From contig NC_045697.1 of assembly GCF_009834535.1 (NCBI RefSeq), forward strand, positions 16,432,001-16,496,000: a DNA stretch of 64,000 nt, written 5' to 3'. Numbering within the stretch: the first letter of the stretch is position 1; every line of letters begins with the position of its first letter. Below the pieces are notes generated by a model. The model did no database searches, was not told where the DNA came from, and saw nothing but the letters and a program-made list of their open reading frames with translations. This DNA is from Camelus ferus (Eukaryota). Below are positions 1-13,858 of the stretch, piece after piece. The position numbers were made by a program, and so were the translations under genes.

Positions 1-789
1 GCTCAACCATCTGTGTCTTTTTATCAGTGTAAAGCTTTTTAATTATGAAAGTGAACTGTTAATTATTTGTTCATTGAGTGAACAGAAAACCTTAAGTCTT
101 TACTTATTGCTAGCAAAAAACTGGGGAAGGGAAAATATATCCAAGCGAGCCATTTAGCAGAACCTGGGGTAGAGCTGCTTCTCTGACCCCTAATGTCTAT
201 ATGGCGTCAAGGTGGTGTCATGTAGTGTGTGGTTTCCAAAACTGGGGGTCTTCCCTTTGTTTTGTGCTTCTGGGCATGTTTTTCAAAAGTTGTTTATTCT
301 CAGATTATTTCTAGAAAGATAGAGTTTTCCTTGAATAATGTTTCAATACAGCAAACACTTGAACCTAGTAAGGCAACGTGGAAGAGAGCAAATGGCACCA
401 GTCTAGCGGCACAATAGTTGGGAAAGAACCCTGAACTTCAATGTCTTTTGAAGACAATGACGTCAGACTATTCAAATAGCTGGGGCTTTCAAATGGCATG
501 TTTCTGTGATCCCGTTTTTCAAATATATGGACATTAAAGAGTCTGAAATTATGTAATTGTAACAAAGTCCAAATTTAAATTCAAACAGTGAGATTATCTG
601 GCAAATTTCTACTGTGATAGAATACCGGTGCCCTGATTTGACAGATTTCCAAGTGGTAAGACTCTATATTCATTTGAGATCAGAAAGAAGTGAAAAATGC
701 TGACTCCTAACAAGCCCCCAACATGTAGATTCTACCACCCCTGCTTAATTCTCATCCCTCTCCATGCATCAAAACTCTTCTTAGACTTC

Positions 790-2240
790 CTTGCAGCTAA
801 ATCCCATGTCGCCTTTCCAAGTTTTCTTCCTTGACTTTTGGTAACATTTGACCCTGGTGGCAGGATTCTCCTTCTGAAACCTTCTCATCCTTTGATTTCT
901 GAGACACAACCCTCTTGGTTTTCACCCTAGAGCTCTGGCTAAATCTTCATCGTCTTTTTCATGGTGTTCCTTCAATTGTCCAGTCTTGAAATGCATTTGT
1001 AATATAACCCTCTTCTCTACACACACTCCTGGAATGCTCTTACTCATTCTTAAGGCTTCAATTATCATCAATTTGACTCATAAACATTTACTGAGTGCCT
1101 TTTGTTTTTCAGAGACTATAACTTGATGTTCCAAATTTAAAATCCATAGCTTGGTGCTTTATGCTGAGCTCCAGACATGCAGATACAGCTGCATTCTTGC
1201 AGATCCAGGACACAGCAGAACTCCTGAGTGCAGTGGTCATGGCCTATGTGTGCAGCTCTCAGTCTTCCGTAATGTATGACTTAAGGTCAGCTTGTCCAAA
1301 ATTCAACTCCTCTTCCATTCCCCAAACAACTATTGCTCCTCTTGTGTTTTCTAGCTCAGTGAATGTTTCAAAACTGGCAAGTTGTGAAATCACTCTGAGT
1401 TGTCAGGATCTTCAACTTAAAGAAAAAAGAAATTATAAACCAGACTTAAAGGAATGTAGAGATGATTAAGGGAAATAATACACATAAAACGCTTGTTCTA
1501 ATATCGCATATGGTGAACGCTCAATGTTGATTGCTCTCAAATCCCCACTAACATCCAGGCTAGAAGTCAGGGCCTTATCTTTGACTTAAAAAAATTTTTT
1601 TTCAATTTCTTCAGCAAGTTCAAACAAAACTTTGTCTTCTTACAGATCTTCAATCTTATCAATTCTACCCTTGTATTACCACTACCTAGTTGAACCATGA
1701 TTATATTCCTATTTCATCCTGCTAATTCATTTTCTTAATCCTGGCCGTGCTGGGTTCCCCCATCTTTCATACCTTTTTTTCACTGAACTTTCAAAGTACT
1801 GTTATATACACTGCAGGTCTGTCTGATACTCAAGCACCAGCTTTCCATGGCTTCAGGGCAAAATTCCAAAACCTAAGAGTGGCATGCCAGATACTTCAGG
1901 ACATGGTTCCTTTCATCACCCACCACCCTACACTCTGACCCAAACAAATTCGACTGCTTTTAGTTCTCTTCTCACACGCTGCTTCTGCTGCTGGAAATAC
2001 CCCTCCTTCTCTCTCTAACTTACTGCCGCTTATCTTTCAGAATTTAGCTCACAGATCATGTCTTCCAGGAAACTCTTTCTGGACACTGAGACTGGATGAG
2101 GTGTCTGTATCTCTTATCATCACCTGGTAATGGTCTAAGGTCCTTGAAGCAGAAATTTCATCTCACCCACCTTTGTACCCCCAGTGCCACACCAAAGCCC
2201 TAAAGTGAGTATATTTGCGGAAGCAATAAATGAATGAAAA
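790..2240 (+). mobile_element. L2 LINE, fragmented 3' part, interrupted by a short antisense L2 tail (about 1070-1120) and a MIR
   Basis: L2-like text cttgacttttggtaacatttgacc...cttctgaaaccttctcatcctttgatttctgagacac; ends in the L2 tail aataaatgaatgaa at about 2240. Confidence 0.7.
1387..1530 (+). mobile_element. MIR SINE fragment (core and 3' part)
   Basis: gatgattaagggaaataatacacataaaacgcttg...catatggtgaacgctcaatg resembles the MIR 3' consensus. Confidence 0.65.
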
Positions 2241-3109
2241 TTTTACCATTCCATTGAATGCTATGCAAGCGACGATTATAGCTATAACATCTCTATAAAG
2301 AAGGAATTGTTTGAACTTGGTTGGGGGGGGGGGCATAAGGACAATCTGTGTCCCCTCTTGGGATCCTAATGATCTGAATATGTTAATGGAATGGTGGATT
2401 GTCAGAGAGAAAACTGCTTGTGTGAGACACTAAAGAGCCTCTATAGGGTCACAAACTCCAAAGGCGGTGTTTCTAGAACAAGACTTCAAGAGTTCCAAGA
2501 CTTTTGTTTAAAATTTTATGTTCAACTTGGACACAAGTATAAATAAACAAAATACACTATAAGAACACACCAACTTGTAACTGTAATTCAAGAATTTTTA
2601 GTGCCAACATTAGCTTTTCTATAATGCTATTTTAATTATTGTGTGATAATGAGAAGAAAAAGAAAGGGGAAAATGATTTAATACATAAATGTTGTTTTTA
2701 CATGAAGTGTAGGCCAAATTACATCAAGTTTCATCGAATGAAAAAAGTATACAATATCGTGTAGAGTGGAAAATGGTGGAGGAATTTTACACACTGCCAA
2801 CATCATCCCTCACAGTACATTCATGCTGTTACTTTTAGTTTGTTTTGTTTGTTTGCATTAAACTTATAAACTTATTTTTGCTTTATATTATATAAGAGCT
2901 TTAAACCTACAAATAGTTAAGAAACACTATAATAAAAATTAACTTAATATGATGCTAGAGACCTGAGAGATTCTCTCTTTTAAAATAATTTGCACTTTAC
3001 TCAGGATGGAAAAAGACTGTGTTAATGAAGAAAAGGATCAGGGCATAACAAGCCTACTTGAGAATAAATGCTTCCTTGTCAGGGTGAAATGATTTCTCTC
3101 TTAGCCCAG

Positions 3110-3318
3110 CATGTGCACACGTACACCTATACCACACACGCACATGCACACACAAGCACATAGAGATAACACAGATAGATGCCACACAAGAACACACACA
3201 ACACACACTTATACCTAGACATACAGCAACATACGTGACACACTAATACACACATATCTGCATGTATCACAGATAACCCCATGCGCAAAGGAAACACACA
3301 TTCATACACACACACCCT
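3110..3318. repeat. Degenerate CA-rich microsatellite / low complexity
   Basis: Interrupted (CA)n runs; explains spurious ORF 3127..3444. Confidence 0.85.
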
Positions 3319-3387
3319 TCTTCCATAAATTTGTATCTGCATTATAAAGAGACAATAAATACAAACGGAGAAGGCTGTTTCACTAGA

Positions 3388-3645
3388 GTTTAGCACAGCA
3401 TTTTTAAGAACGAGGCCTCTGGAATTAGACTGCCAAGCTACCAACCCCAGTTCTGTCCCATTCTAGCTGAATGGCCTTGAACATGTTTACTTAATGCTCA
3501 GTCCCTCACTCTTCCTGTCATTTCATTGAAAAAGATAGTGATTATCTAGCTCATAGAATTGTTCAGAGAATCAAATGCACTATTGCATGTTGAGAAATTT
3601 AACGCTCTGTTGGCACATAGGAAGGAATCAGTAAATGGTGATTTC
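3388..3645 (+). mobile_element. MIR SINE, near full length
   Basis: aagaacgaggcctctggaattagactgcc...ccagttctgtcccattctagctg...ggcacataggaaggaatcagtaaatgg. Confidence 0.8.
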
Positions 3646-3650
3646 TTAAA

Positions 3651-3651
3651 A

Positions 3652-3686
<35 letters not shown>

Positions 3687-3700
3687 GCAGGCAGACAGAG
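3651..3700. repeat. (GATA)n(GACA)n(GGCA)n compound tetranucleotide repeat
   Basis: Seen directly. Confidence 0.9.
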
Positions 3701-6700
3701 AAAGCACTCTTTGAGATCCTGTAAGAGTTGTAACACCAAAGAGAGTTTTCCCTTCTCTGTCAGAGAAAGTGTGAAACCTGGGAGCCATCCCTGTAGCATC
3801 CTGCAGTTCTTCATGGCCTGTATTCAATCTATCACCAGTCCTGATTTTTTCCCTCTGAAACTCTCTCAGATTGATGCATCCCTTCTTACCTCAGGTGGGC
3901 TGAAACAAGAGGCTTATCAGTACTTTCTCCACATCTATTCTTTTTGGCTCACTGCAACCAGGCAGCCCTTTTTCAAAAAAGCACACATGACCATGTATTC
4001 CCCATAACACTTTGACGACCCCCCATTGCTTTTAAGGTAAAGCTTTGCCCAGTCTAGCCCCTCTCTATTTCTCCAACCCTCTGGTTGGGTCCAGACACTC
4101 TTCTAAATTGTGTAGCAGTCCCCCGTTGAAAGCTTATTAAGAACAAGGGTGGTCTATTTCAGTTAACCATTGTCTCCTTGTCATCAAGTAGCAGACTCTT
4201 TAAATGTTGATTGGCTGGACGAGAAGAACATGACACTGCCTTGGCACATCAGCAGAGGGATATGAAAAATGGTGCCCAGTGGAAAAGACAGTGATGCTTG
4301 ATATGGTAGGATGGTGCCCTGTGGTGTGTCTCAGTGCCTAGTGAAAATCAGTGATATAAAGTGTTACTCCTCTGGTGTACCACTGATGCTTCAGCACAAA
4401 TGTCTGTTTGGAGTAAATGTAACCAACAAAATTGTTAGCAGTGCTCAATGAACATATTGGCTTCCAAGTAGGGATAACAGATTAAGAGAAGCGATTATGT
4501 TTGTTTGTTTGCTTGTTTGGTTGCTGGTTTGTTTTAAATCTGCGGTTTCTGAAAATATTTATCTGTGAACACAAAGATGATTCAACCTGGCTCTTCCTAG
4601 TTATATTGTGGGGTCATTATATCCCACTATACTGGTTGCTATAGAGCTGAATCTCACTTTTTTACCGAATGAAATAAAAGATGTGTGTTGGTCTGGTTCT
4701 CTGACATGCATGCTAATAAAAAAAGACTATACCCACATATCACAATTTTACAGAGTATTGAGGTCACAGAGCCATACCCAGGGCAGTTTCACACATCACT
4801 TAGCTCAGGCCACAATAGTGAATGAGGATAAATGTCACTGGTTTATCAACTGTACTTTCCCTTGGTTCCATGGAGACATACCTGCAAAGGCAAGGTGGTC
4901 TAAGGAGGTCTAGAATGATGCATTAAGTTTGAGATAGTGCTCACAAATTTCCTCACATATGCTCTCTTTGGGGATGAGAAACATAGATGGTTTTTATCTG
5001 AATATGTTCTAACTAAATATGATATATATTCAATTCGTCAAATCTTAGTCAGCTTACTTATCTCTTCGGTCCAAGCATCCTCTACACACATAGGGATACA
5101 GGGATAACACTATATCCCACTACAGACATCATCTTAAAAATGTATCATAAACTGAATTTTTGTTAAACATGTGTATTTTTTCCATTGACTTATATTAGTT
5201 TTTCCAAAAGACCTTAAACTCTTATTTCTGGTGTATAGTCAATTCAAAGTAGTTCCGATTCTCCATTTTTGTGTATTAACTTCATTTTCTCTCCAGTTTA
5301 ACCTCATCCTGTAAAGTAGTTAACGATCTGATAACTAACAGCTGAATGCACTGGCAAAGCCTGATACTTCAATAATTCCTCTGTGAACTTTCTTACAAAG
5401 TGAACAATTATCTCTGCCATAAAAACGATCCTCCCCAGTTATTGTTTTGTAGACTTTCAGAAAAACGAAGCTATTTTTTTTAAACAGCTGGGAAATAGTG
5501 GATTTTCTGGCTATACATATATTTATTAATGAAACTTACTGTGAACACTGTATATATAGATTACTAATTTGTTCAGAATGGACATATTTCTCCTTATCAT
5601 GAAAATAACAGGAAAGATTTTTATTTTCTTTCTCTTGTCACTTCACAATTCTGCTATATTTGGGAATCAGTAGTCATACTACTATAAAAAAAAGTGTGCG
5701 TTTTATTTAGGTACTGTTCATGCAATTTTTTTGAAAGGAGGTGGCACTTGATGATTTCCCAGTAATCATTTGTTATGTGATCTGGTTCTTTTTTCATATG
5801 CTTTAATTTTTCTACAAGTAGAGCCAATAATTAATACCCTCACTCATTTATCCATTCAATTATTCAACAAATATGTACTAGCAATTACCATGGGCTAGGC
5901 ATTATCTAACAGCTTTATTGATTGTTATAGTTGATAATAAACTGCGTGTATTTTAGTGTACAATTTGACAAAATTTGACATATACTTATCCCCTTGAAAC
6001 CAATGCCAGAAAAAATAATGAGCATATCCATCATCCCCCAAAGTTTCCCGGTAAGCATGTCATCATCCTACCCCAAATCCCCCTCACCAGGCAACCACTG
6101 ATCCGTCTGTCAGTAAAGATTAGTTACACTTTCTAGAGTTTTATATGAATAGTGTTATACAGTATTTAGTCTTTTTTGGTCTCTTTCCTTTCACTCAGCA
6201 CAATTTTCTTTCAGGGTCATCCACATTTTTGAGTGTATCAATAGCTCATTCCATTTTCTTGTTGAGTTGTAGTCCATTGTATGGATTTACACAATTCCGT
6301 TATCCATTCACCTATGATGGACATTTGGGTTAATTCTAGTTTTAACTAGAATAAAGATGCTATGAATATTCAAGTACAAGTCTTTGAATGAACCTATGTG
6401 TTCAACTCTCTTAAGTAAATGCCTAGCAGTAGAATGATCATACTGTAGATATATGTTTACTTTTTTTATGTATTTTTTTTTCCAAACTGGTTTTAGCATT
6501 TTATATTCCCAGGAACAGTATAGGAAATTTCATCTGCTCCTTATCCTCACAATATTTCATATAGTTAGTCTTAAATTTTAGTCATTCTAATAGACGTGCA
6601 GTTGAATCTCATTGTGGCTTTAATTTGCATGGACCTAATGACTAAGGACATTGAGCATGTTTTCATGCGCTTGTTGGGCCGTCCTTTTTTCTTCCTTGGT

Positions 6701-7635
6701 AAAGTATTTATTCAAATATTTTCCCACTTTGTTATTGGGTTGTTTGTTCTCTTGTTTTTGAGTTTGGAGACTTTTTATATAGTCTCAACACAGTCTTTAA
6801 TTGATATATAATTGTTAAAAAGTTCTACCAACCTGTGTTTTTTCTTTTCACTCTCTGAACTGTGTCCTTCAACGAACAGACCTTTCTAATGTCAATATAA
6901 GTCTAATATATAAATTTTTCCTTATATGGATCAGGATTTTGGTGTTGCGCATAAGAAGCCTTTGCCTATTCAAAGATTACAAATATTTCCTCTTATCTTT
7001 TTAATGAGTTTTAAAGTTTTAGGTTTTATATTTAAGCCTGTGGTCTATTTTAAATTTCTGTATATGGTGCAAACTATGGACTGAAGTTCATTTTGGGGTC
7101 ATGTAAATATCCATGTCCAGCACAGCTTTTTTTAAAAAAGTATATTTTTCCCTTTTTGGGGAAATACATTGCCTATATATATATAGACATATATATATGT
7201 CTATATCTGAACTTTCTATTTTGTTCCATTAATTTATCTTTATATCAATACTAAACTATCTCAATCACTATAGTTTTATAACAAATCTTGACACCTTCCC
7301 TTTCAAAGTTGTTTTGGCTATTTTAGGCCTTTTACATGGAGTCAGAACTTTAGAATTATCTCATCAATTTCTACAATATAGCCTGTTGAGATTTTGATTG
7401 AAATTATATTGACTCTATCATTCAATTCAGGGAAGATTGACATTGTAATAATATCGAGTCTTCAGAACCATGAGCATAGCAAATCTTTTATTTAGGTAAC
7501 TGTATCTCACCAATGTTTTGCAACTACCATGTACAGTTACTGCATGTAATTTGCAGATTTTCTCCTATTTTCTCCTATGTAATATGTTTTCACATTATTC
7601 CAAATAGTATTCATTTTTAAATTTAAAGTTTTGAT

Positions 7636-7639
<4 letters not shown>

Positions 7640-7678
<39 letters not shown>
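7640..7678. repeat. (TA)n microsatellite
   Basis: About 19 perfect TA units. Confidence 0.95.
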
Positions 7679-7683
<5 letters not shown>

Positions 7684-9214
7684 AATACAATTGTTGTTCT
7701 TGAATGTATATACTGCACCATGTTAAACTCACTTATTAGTTCTAGCCGTTTTGTGGTGGATTCAATAGTATTTTCTACATAGATCATCATGCCAACTGGG
7801 AGTAAAACTTCCTTTCCACTCTGAATGTTTCTATTTATTTATTTAGTCTTACCTTGCCATTATACTGGCTCAGACCACAGTAATACATTGAGTAGAAAGT
7901 GAATACCCTGCCTGTTCTAATCGTAGAGGTAAAAATCTCTAGTTTTTCAGTGTTTGTTGCGATGTTAACTAGAGATTTTTATTGGATGTCCATTAACAGA
8001 TTCAAGAAGTCCCTTTCACGGTTGAAAGTTGTGTTGTTGTTCTTATTGTTTTAAATCAATAATGAATGGTGGAACCTATCAAATGATTTTTTTCCTGTAT
8101 TGATATGATTGTGTGGTTTTAAATTTTTGCTTTGTTAAATGGTGATTTACACTGATTTTCAAATCATAAGCCAATCTTTGGATTTCTTGGGTAAGTCCCG
8201 CTTTGTGGTGATATAATATCCTTTTGATAATTTGTTGAATTCTATTTTTAAAAGAATTTTAAAGAATTTTTGCACCAATATTCACTGAAGATATTGGTCT
8301 CCAGTTTTGTTTTCCTCTAATGTCTTGTCTGGCTTTTGAACTAGGATAGAGTTCAAATCAGTTGGGAAGTATCCCCTCATCTTCAATTTTTGGAAGAGTT
8401 TATGGCAAACTGCTGGGTTTTTTCCTTCAATACTTAGAAGAATTCACCAGTGAAGCTATCTGGGCCAGGATTTCTTTTCATAACTACGAGTTTATAATTT
8501 AAGCAGATACAGCTTTGCTCAAGCTATTTCTTCTTGACTGAGACTGGTAGTTTATATCTCTTAAATAATTTGCTCATTTTGCCTAAGTTAGTAAACTTAT
8601 TGGTATAAAATTGTTCAAATCATTCATTGTAATTTTAATATCTGTTGAATCTGTAGTAATGTCATCTTATTTCTGATATAGTAGATTTAAGTTTTCTCTC
8701 TTTTATCCTGCTCAGTCTGCCTAAATGTTTATCCATTTTATCGGTCTCAAACAACCAGCTTTCGGTTTTATGATTTTGCTTTTATATATGCTGCATTTTT
8801 TATACCACAGTTAATTAATTCTTAAAAATAATGACTTTTAATAAGATATAAATCATAAAAATAATAACCTTATATATTTACCCAAGTGGCTACCATTTCT
8901 AGTGTTATTTTCTGGTGTAGATCTGTATTTCTATCTAGTCTCCTTTTTTTCTGCTTGAAGTACTTCCTTTAACATTTCTTACCAACAGGGCCTGCTTTTA
9001 TTTCAGCTTTTGTATGACTGAAAATTTCTCTATTCTATATTTACTTTTCAGAGGTGTAGAATTTTAATTCTATTCTCTACTTATTTTTTAAAATGTAGAA
9101 TTTTAGGTTGACATTAATATATTAAAGATTGTTTTCTGGTTCTCTCAATTACATTGTTTCTGGAAAAAATATCTGCCATTATTTTTATTTGTATACTTCT
9201 GTACATACTTTTTT

Positions 9215-9520
9215 TAAAAAAAGAAATTTTTTTAAATTTTATATTTACCAAAAAAAATGCTGAAATAGTACAAGAAGTTTCCACATACTGCGTGCATTCA
9301 GTTTCTTCTATTATTTACATCTTAGATTAGTATGGTACATTTGTTGCAGCTATTGAACTGATATTGAAACATTCTTGTTAACTAAAGTCAGTATTTTATT
9401 CAAAGTTCCTTAGTTTCACTTAATCTTTTAAATTTTTTTTCTGTTTGAGGATTCTGTCCAAGATACAGCATTGTATTTAGTTTTTATTTTTTCTTAGGTT
9501 GCTCTTGGCTCTGATACTTC
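9215..9520 (-). mobile_element. L1MC/MD-like 3' end nested in the larger L1
   Basis: aattttatatttacc...gctgaaatagtacaagaagtttccacatact matches the antisense L1MC-type terminus; similar to the copy at 11470. Confidence 0.6.
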
Positions 9521-10769
9521 ACATGTATATTTTTCCCTCTCTAGCTGATTTTAAAATGTCTCTTTACTGCTGGTTTTGAGCAATTTGATTATTATGTGTT
9601 TTGGTGATGTTTTCTTCAAGTTTTTATTATTACAATTTTTTTTTAACTTAGGGGTGTGTTGAGCTTCATGGATATGTTGCTTTATAGTTATCTTTAAATT
9701 TGGAAAATTTGAAAAATCATTATTACCACAAATTATTTTTCTGTGCCCTCCTCCCTCTTTCAGTGAGGGTTCTTTCAAGTGAGAGCATATCTGGCTGATT
9801 AATGTTCATTTTTTCGTTCTTTTTTCTTTTTGTGTTTTCTTGAATAGTTTTTACTTATATATCTTTAAGTTCATTATTTTTTTCTTTTGCAAGATCTAAT
9901 TTTCCATTAATTTCATAAAATATATTTTTAATCTCACATATTGTAGTTTTTATCTCTAGAGTTTAACATGGGTCTTTTAAAATATATATTCTATATCTCT
10001 GCTTAACATGTTCAGTTTTTCCTGTAGCTTTGTGAATATATGGAGTACAGTGATAACACTTGTTTTATTATCCTTCCCCACTAATTCTAACATCTGTGTC
10101 ACATCTGTATCAGTTTCAATTGACCAGTTTTTCTCTTTATTAAGGTCATGTTTTTTCTGATTATTTACATGCTTTCTAATTTTTGATTGGGTGCCAGACA
10201 TGACGGATTTTATTTTGATGGGTGCTGAATTTGTGTGTGTGTGTATTTCTATAAATATTCTTGAGCTCTGTATTAGGACACTATTTATTTGGAAGCACTA
10301 TAACCCGTTAGTATTTCTTTTAAGTTTTTCCTAGGCAGGACCAGAGCGGCATTTGGTCCAAGACAAACTTCTGAGCACTCCACCCAATGCCCTGTGCATT
10401 ATGTGTTTTTTTTTTTCTTTTCTCTTTCAATCTATTTGTTAGAAATAGGCACTATTTCCAGCCTCTTGAGAGTGCCAGGCGCTCTTCCTTCTAATTCTCT
10501 CAGATGGGTTCTTTCTTTAGACTTTGTTGGTTTCCTCATGAGTGTATTGTGATTATTTCCCTGTCGAACACCTGAGACTGCATGTGCCCTCTGCACATAA
10601 CCAGAGTTTTCTCTCTGAAATGCTCTCCTCTTTGATATTCTTCAGTGTAAATTCTTGCCACCTGTTTTCTCTTTGAACTCTAAGCTATATCTTCTTAACT
10701 CAGGTTGTCCACCAAGGTGACCTGGGTTTCACTCCTTGTGCCATGGCCAGGAAACTCTCATTTACCATA

Positions 10770-11250
10770 TTCGGGTCCCTTCATCTGCCTAATCTCTTAG
10801 TACTGGAGGAACCCAGAGATCTCTTCTCTTTTCTTTGCATGATTCACTTCCTTGTTGTTATCACTTGTTTTCATCTATATGCTAATAACTACTAAATTTA
10901 TATCTCTAGCTTGGAGATCTTCTCTAAAATACATTTTTTAAATGTTTAACATACGGCTTAAATAGGTATCTTAAGCCTAATGTATTAAGATAATATATCC
11001 AAATCTGAGTCATGATCCTTTTTCCTCTTCTCAGAAACCTGCTTGAAGTCTTTCTCATCTCAATTAATGGTAACACCATCCTTCCAGTTTCTCATCATGA
11101 AAACCATAGAGAAATCTTTGAATCGGCGTTTTCTCTCGTACCCTCTAATGCTTCAACAAATATGCTGATTTTATCTTCAAACTATATCCATGAACTAACC
11201 ATTTTTCACCGCTTCCTTTGCAATCAACATTGTCTCTTATCTAGATATTA
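10770..11250 (+). mobile_element. L2 fragment
   Basis: aaatttatatctctagc...ctcatctcaattaatggtaacaccatccttccagtt is typical of L2. Confidence 0.65.
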
Positions 11251-11469
11251 TCTGCCTGAAGTCTCAATGTTATCTGTGTATAATATAAGATTACTTTTTA
11301 TAACTTCTTTAAACAGAAATGTTACAAATAAATTAATTTTAATGGTGAGCATGTGTAACAACAAAATCTGACAATTTTTAAAGCACAGAGCAGTCACAAG
11401 AACCACATATTGTAAGATCCAGAGACTTAACAAACTTTGTTTCCACAAGAATGTTTTCTTCAAACAGTT

Positions 11470-12315
11470 TGAATAAACTTTTTACTTTGGAATAATTTTA
11501 GATTTACAGAAAAGTTGCAAAGATAGTTTGAATTATACCTTTATACTACTTACCCAATTTTAGTTTCTTCTAATGTTATTTTACATTATCATCTTACATT
11601 TGTGAAAAGTAAGAAACCAACACTGATATATTACACTTTAACTAAACTCCGGGAGTTAAGAGTTTCACCGGTTTTTAACATTTTTCTCTTGTTTCTGTTC
11701 TAAGACCCAGTCCAGAATCCTGCCTGCATTTCGGTGTCATGTCTCCTGGTTTTATCTGCTCTGTGACATTCTCTCAGTCTTTCCTAGTTTTTCATGACCT
11801 TCACAGTTTTGAGCTCCACTGGTCGAATATTCTTCCTTAAATGTGGTTTATCTGATATAGTCTCATGATTAGAATGAGGTTATGGGTTTTGGGAAGAAAC
11901 ACCACAGAGGTGAGTGCCCTTCTTATGATACCACATCAGAGAGTACATGCCATCCGTATGAGATCATTGATAATATTGATTTGCCCACAGGTAGTGCTTG
12001 CTGGGATTCTCCACTCCAAAGTTATTATTTCTTTTTATACTCTGTAGGTTGGAAATAAGCCACTAAGTCCAATCTACACTGAAAACTTAGAGTGTATCAA
12101 CATTCTGCAAGGAAGACTTGTCTATTCTCCTCCATTTATTTATTTGATCATTCATTTGTATCCATATGATATGTGTATATTTACACCTTGGGTTATAATT
12201 AAATACTATATCATTTATTTCATTGTTCAAATTATTCTTGCTTTGGTCATTGGGCGCTCTCTCAGGGTACCTTCTATGTCCATTTGATATGGCCCCTTAC
12301 TTGTTATTTTGGCCA
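11470..12315 (-). mobile_element. L1MC-type 3' end
   Basis: tttggaataattttagatttacagaaaagttgcaaagatag is a characteristic antisense L1MC terminus. Confidence 0.8.
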
Positions 12316-13692
12316 CTTCCTATCGAGTATTTTCAAATTTTTTACTTTCCAAGAGTGAAAAAAAAAGTAATAACAGCTGAAAGATGTTTAGGTTTTTCTA
12401 ACACTATGCCCTTTATGAAAGCAGAACATTTGTCATTGGTTTCAATTACTTACTACAGCAAAGACGCCTGGGGATAGCTATTTAATTGGGTTAAGATGCT
12501 CTGTTAAAGTGTTTCTTTTCAGTCTAGCTCAAGGCTGTCAGATGCTTCTGAATTTCCCAAGGCCAATCTACATAATTTCTTTGAATTCCTTATTCTATTA
12601 TAGACACCACCGGTATCTGCTGCAAAACAAGCAGATGTATCTAAACATGCCCTCCCCTGCATGAATGTGCACATCTATCTTCGACTTATTTTTTTTTTTT
12701 TACATTTAGTTGTACTATTCTTTAGGGAAACTATAGTTCCTCGAAATATTTTCTTTTAGTCAATTATAGATGGGTAGAATATGAGGCACATATGAAGGAT
12801 AAGTTGTCTGTTACAATGGATGATGGAAATCTTCAAAATGAATTAAACAGTAAAAGTATATATGGTCAATATTTGCACATTTGCATCCTCTCTAGTGTTC
12901 TCATGGTTCATAATAGATGAAGATGCCAAGCCATGAGCCTATGTATATATTTTCATATTATAAAGACCCATATATATATATATGGATCTTCATAATATGG
13001 ATTTTATATGAATAAGGTCTCTCACATATGTGACTCAAAAAATATGATTTAATATTTAAAATTAAACTAAGTTAAAAATCAAGATTGGTCACAATCATTG
13101 GTAACTATTGATTATTTTTTATACATACTTAGAAGGTTTTCCATTAAACTCTATAGTTAACCTATGTTAACATCAGACAATAAATTTTCAGAACGGACCT
13201 CTCTCCCATAACATTTTATTTAGTCAGATGCTTTGGTTAATATTAACATTAAGCAATTCCAGATGTCAACAATTAAGTTTAGCGCAACACAACATTTAGC
13301 CAGGCACTTTCCTCAGACTGAGAATCAGAAGACTTTACATAAACATGTGTAGTGGATTTTGAGTCTATCTTAAGATAAAATAGTTGTGTTTAGTGACTAA
13401 ACATATCATTACACAGATGCCTGATCCCCTTTAGCAGCTGTTCTTGCTGTTTGGTTCTCCGTAGCCCCTCTGCCTGTCTTTCTTGCGGCTCTCACTTAGT
13501 GTTTGCACCACTGGGGGGGGGGGGGGAAATCTGCAGACGAGGGGTTCTGGCTGATTTTGTAATGTGCCTGCAGAAAGCTAAGCTTGCATTGTAATGAGGT
13601 CAGATTTCATTTCTAAGCAAGGTCACGCTCCAGGATTGGTAGAACTCCAAGGAAAATCAAAGTGCTGACAGAAACATCTAAAAGGTGGTGAT

Positions 13693-13706
13693 TCAGTAGG
13701 TGGCAC
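13693..13706 (+). promoter_or_regulatory. Candidate CTCF motif
   Basis: TCAGTAGGTGGCAC matches the core CC(A/G)(C/G)(C/T)AG(A/G)(G/T)GGC(A/G)C with one mismatch, in unique sequence. Confidence 0.4.
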
Positions 13707-13825
13707 TCTTTCCTCCCTGCAAATCCTGTTATCAAAGCTCAGGTTCAGTCAGCCTTTCAGGGTAGATTGACAACATAGTCTCTTTCCGACCATTAGGGAA
13801 TCTAGTACAAAATAGCCTGCTTGGG

Positions 13826-13827
<2 letters not shown>

Positions 13828-13857
<30 letters not shown>
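13828..13857. repeat. (GT)n microsatellite
   Basis: About 15 perfect units. Confidence 0.95.

Positions 13858-13858
<1 letters not shown>

Larger units (their letters stand above)
5908..10750 (-). mobile_element. Old L1 (L1M-type): 3' UTR at left, decayed ORF2, ORF1 and 5' region at right; possibly composite
   Basis: Antisense L1 3' end acagctttattgattg...tagtgtacaatttgac; ORFs 9977..10201 and 9551..9778 give L1 ORF1-like peptides (SIETDTDVTQMLEL, NFPNL...EAQHTP...PKHIIIKLLKT). Confidence 0.85.

Noticed and set aside
13513..13526. Poly-G runs (14 G here; 11 G at 2323-2333) as functional G-quadruplexes
   Set aside because: Simple homopolymers whose length is assembly-sensitive; no other evidence.
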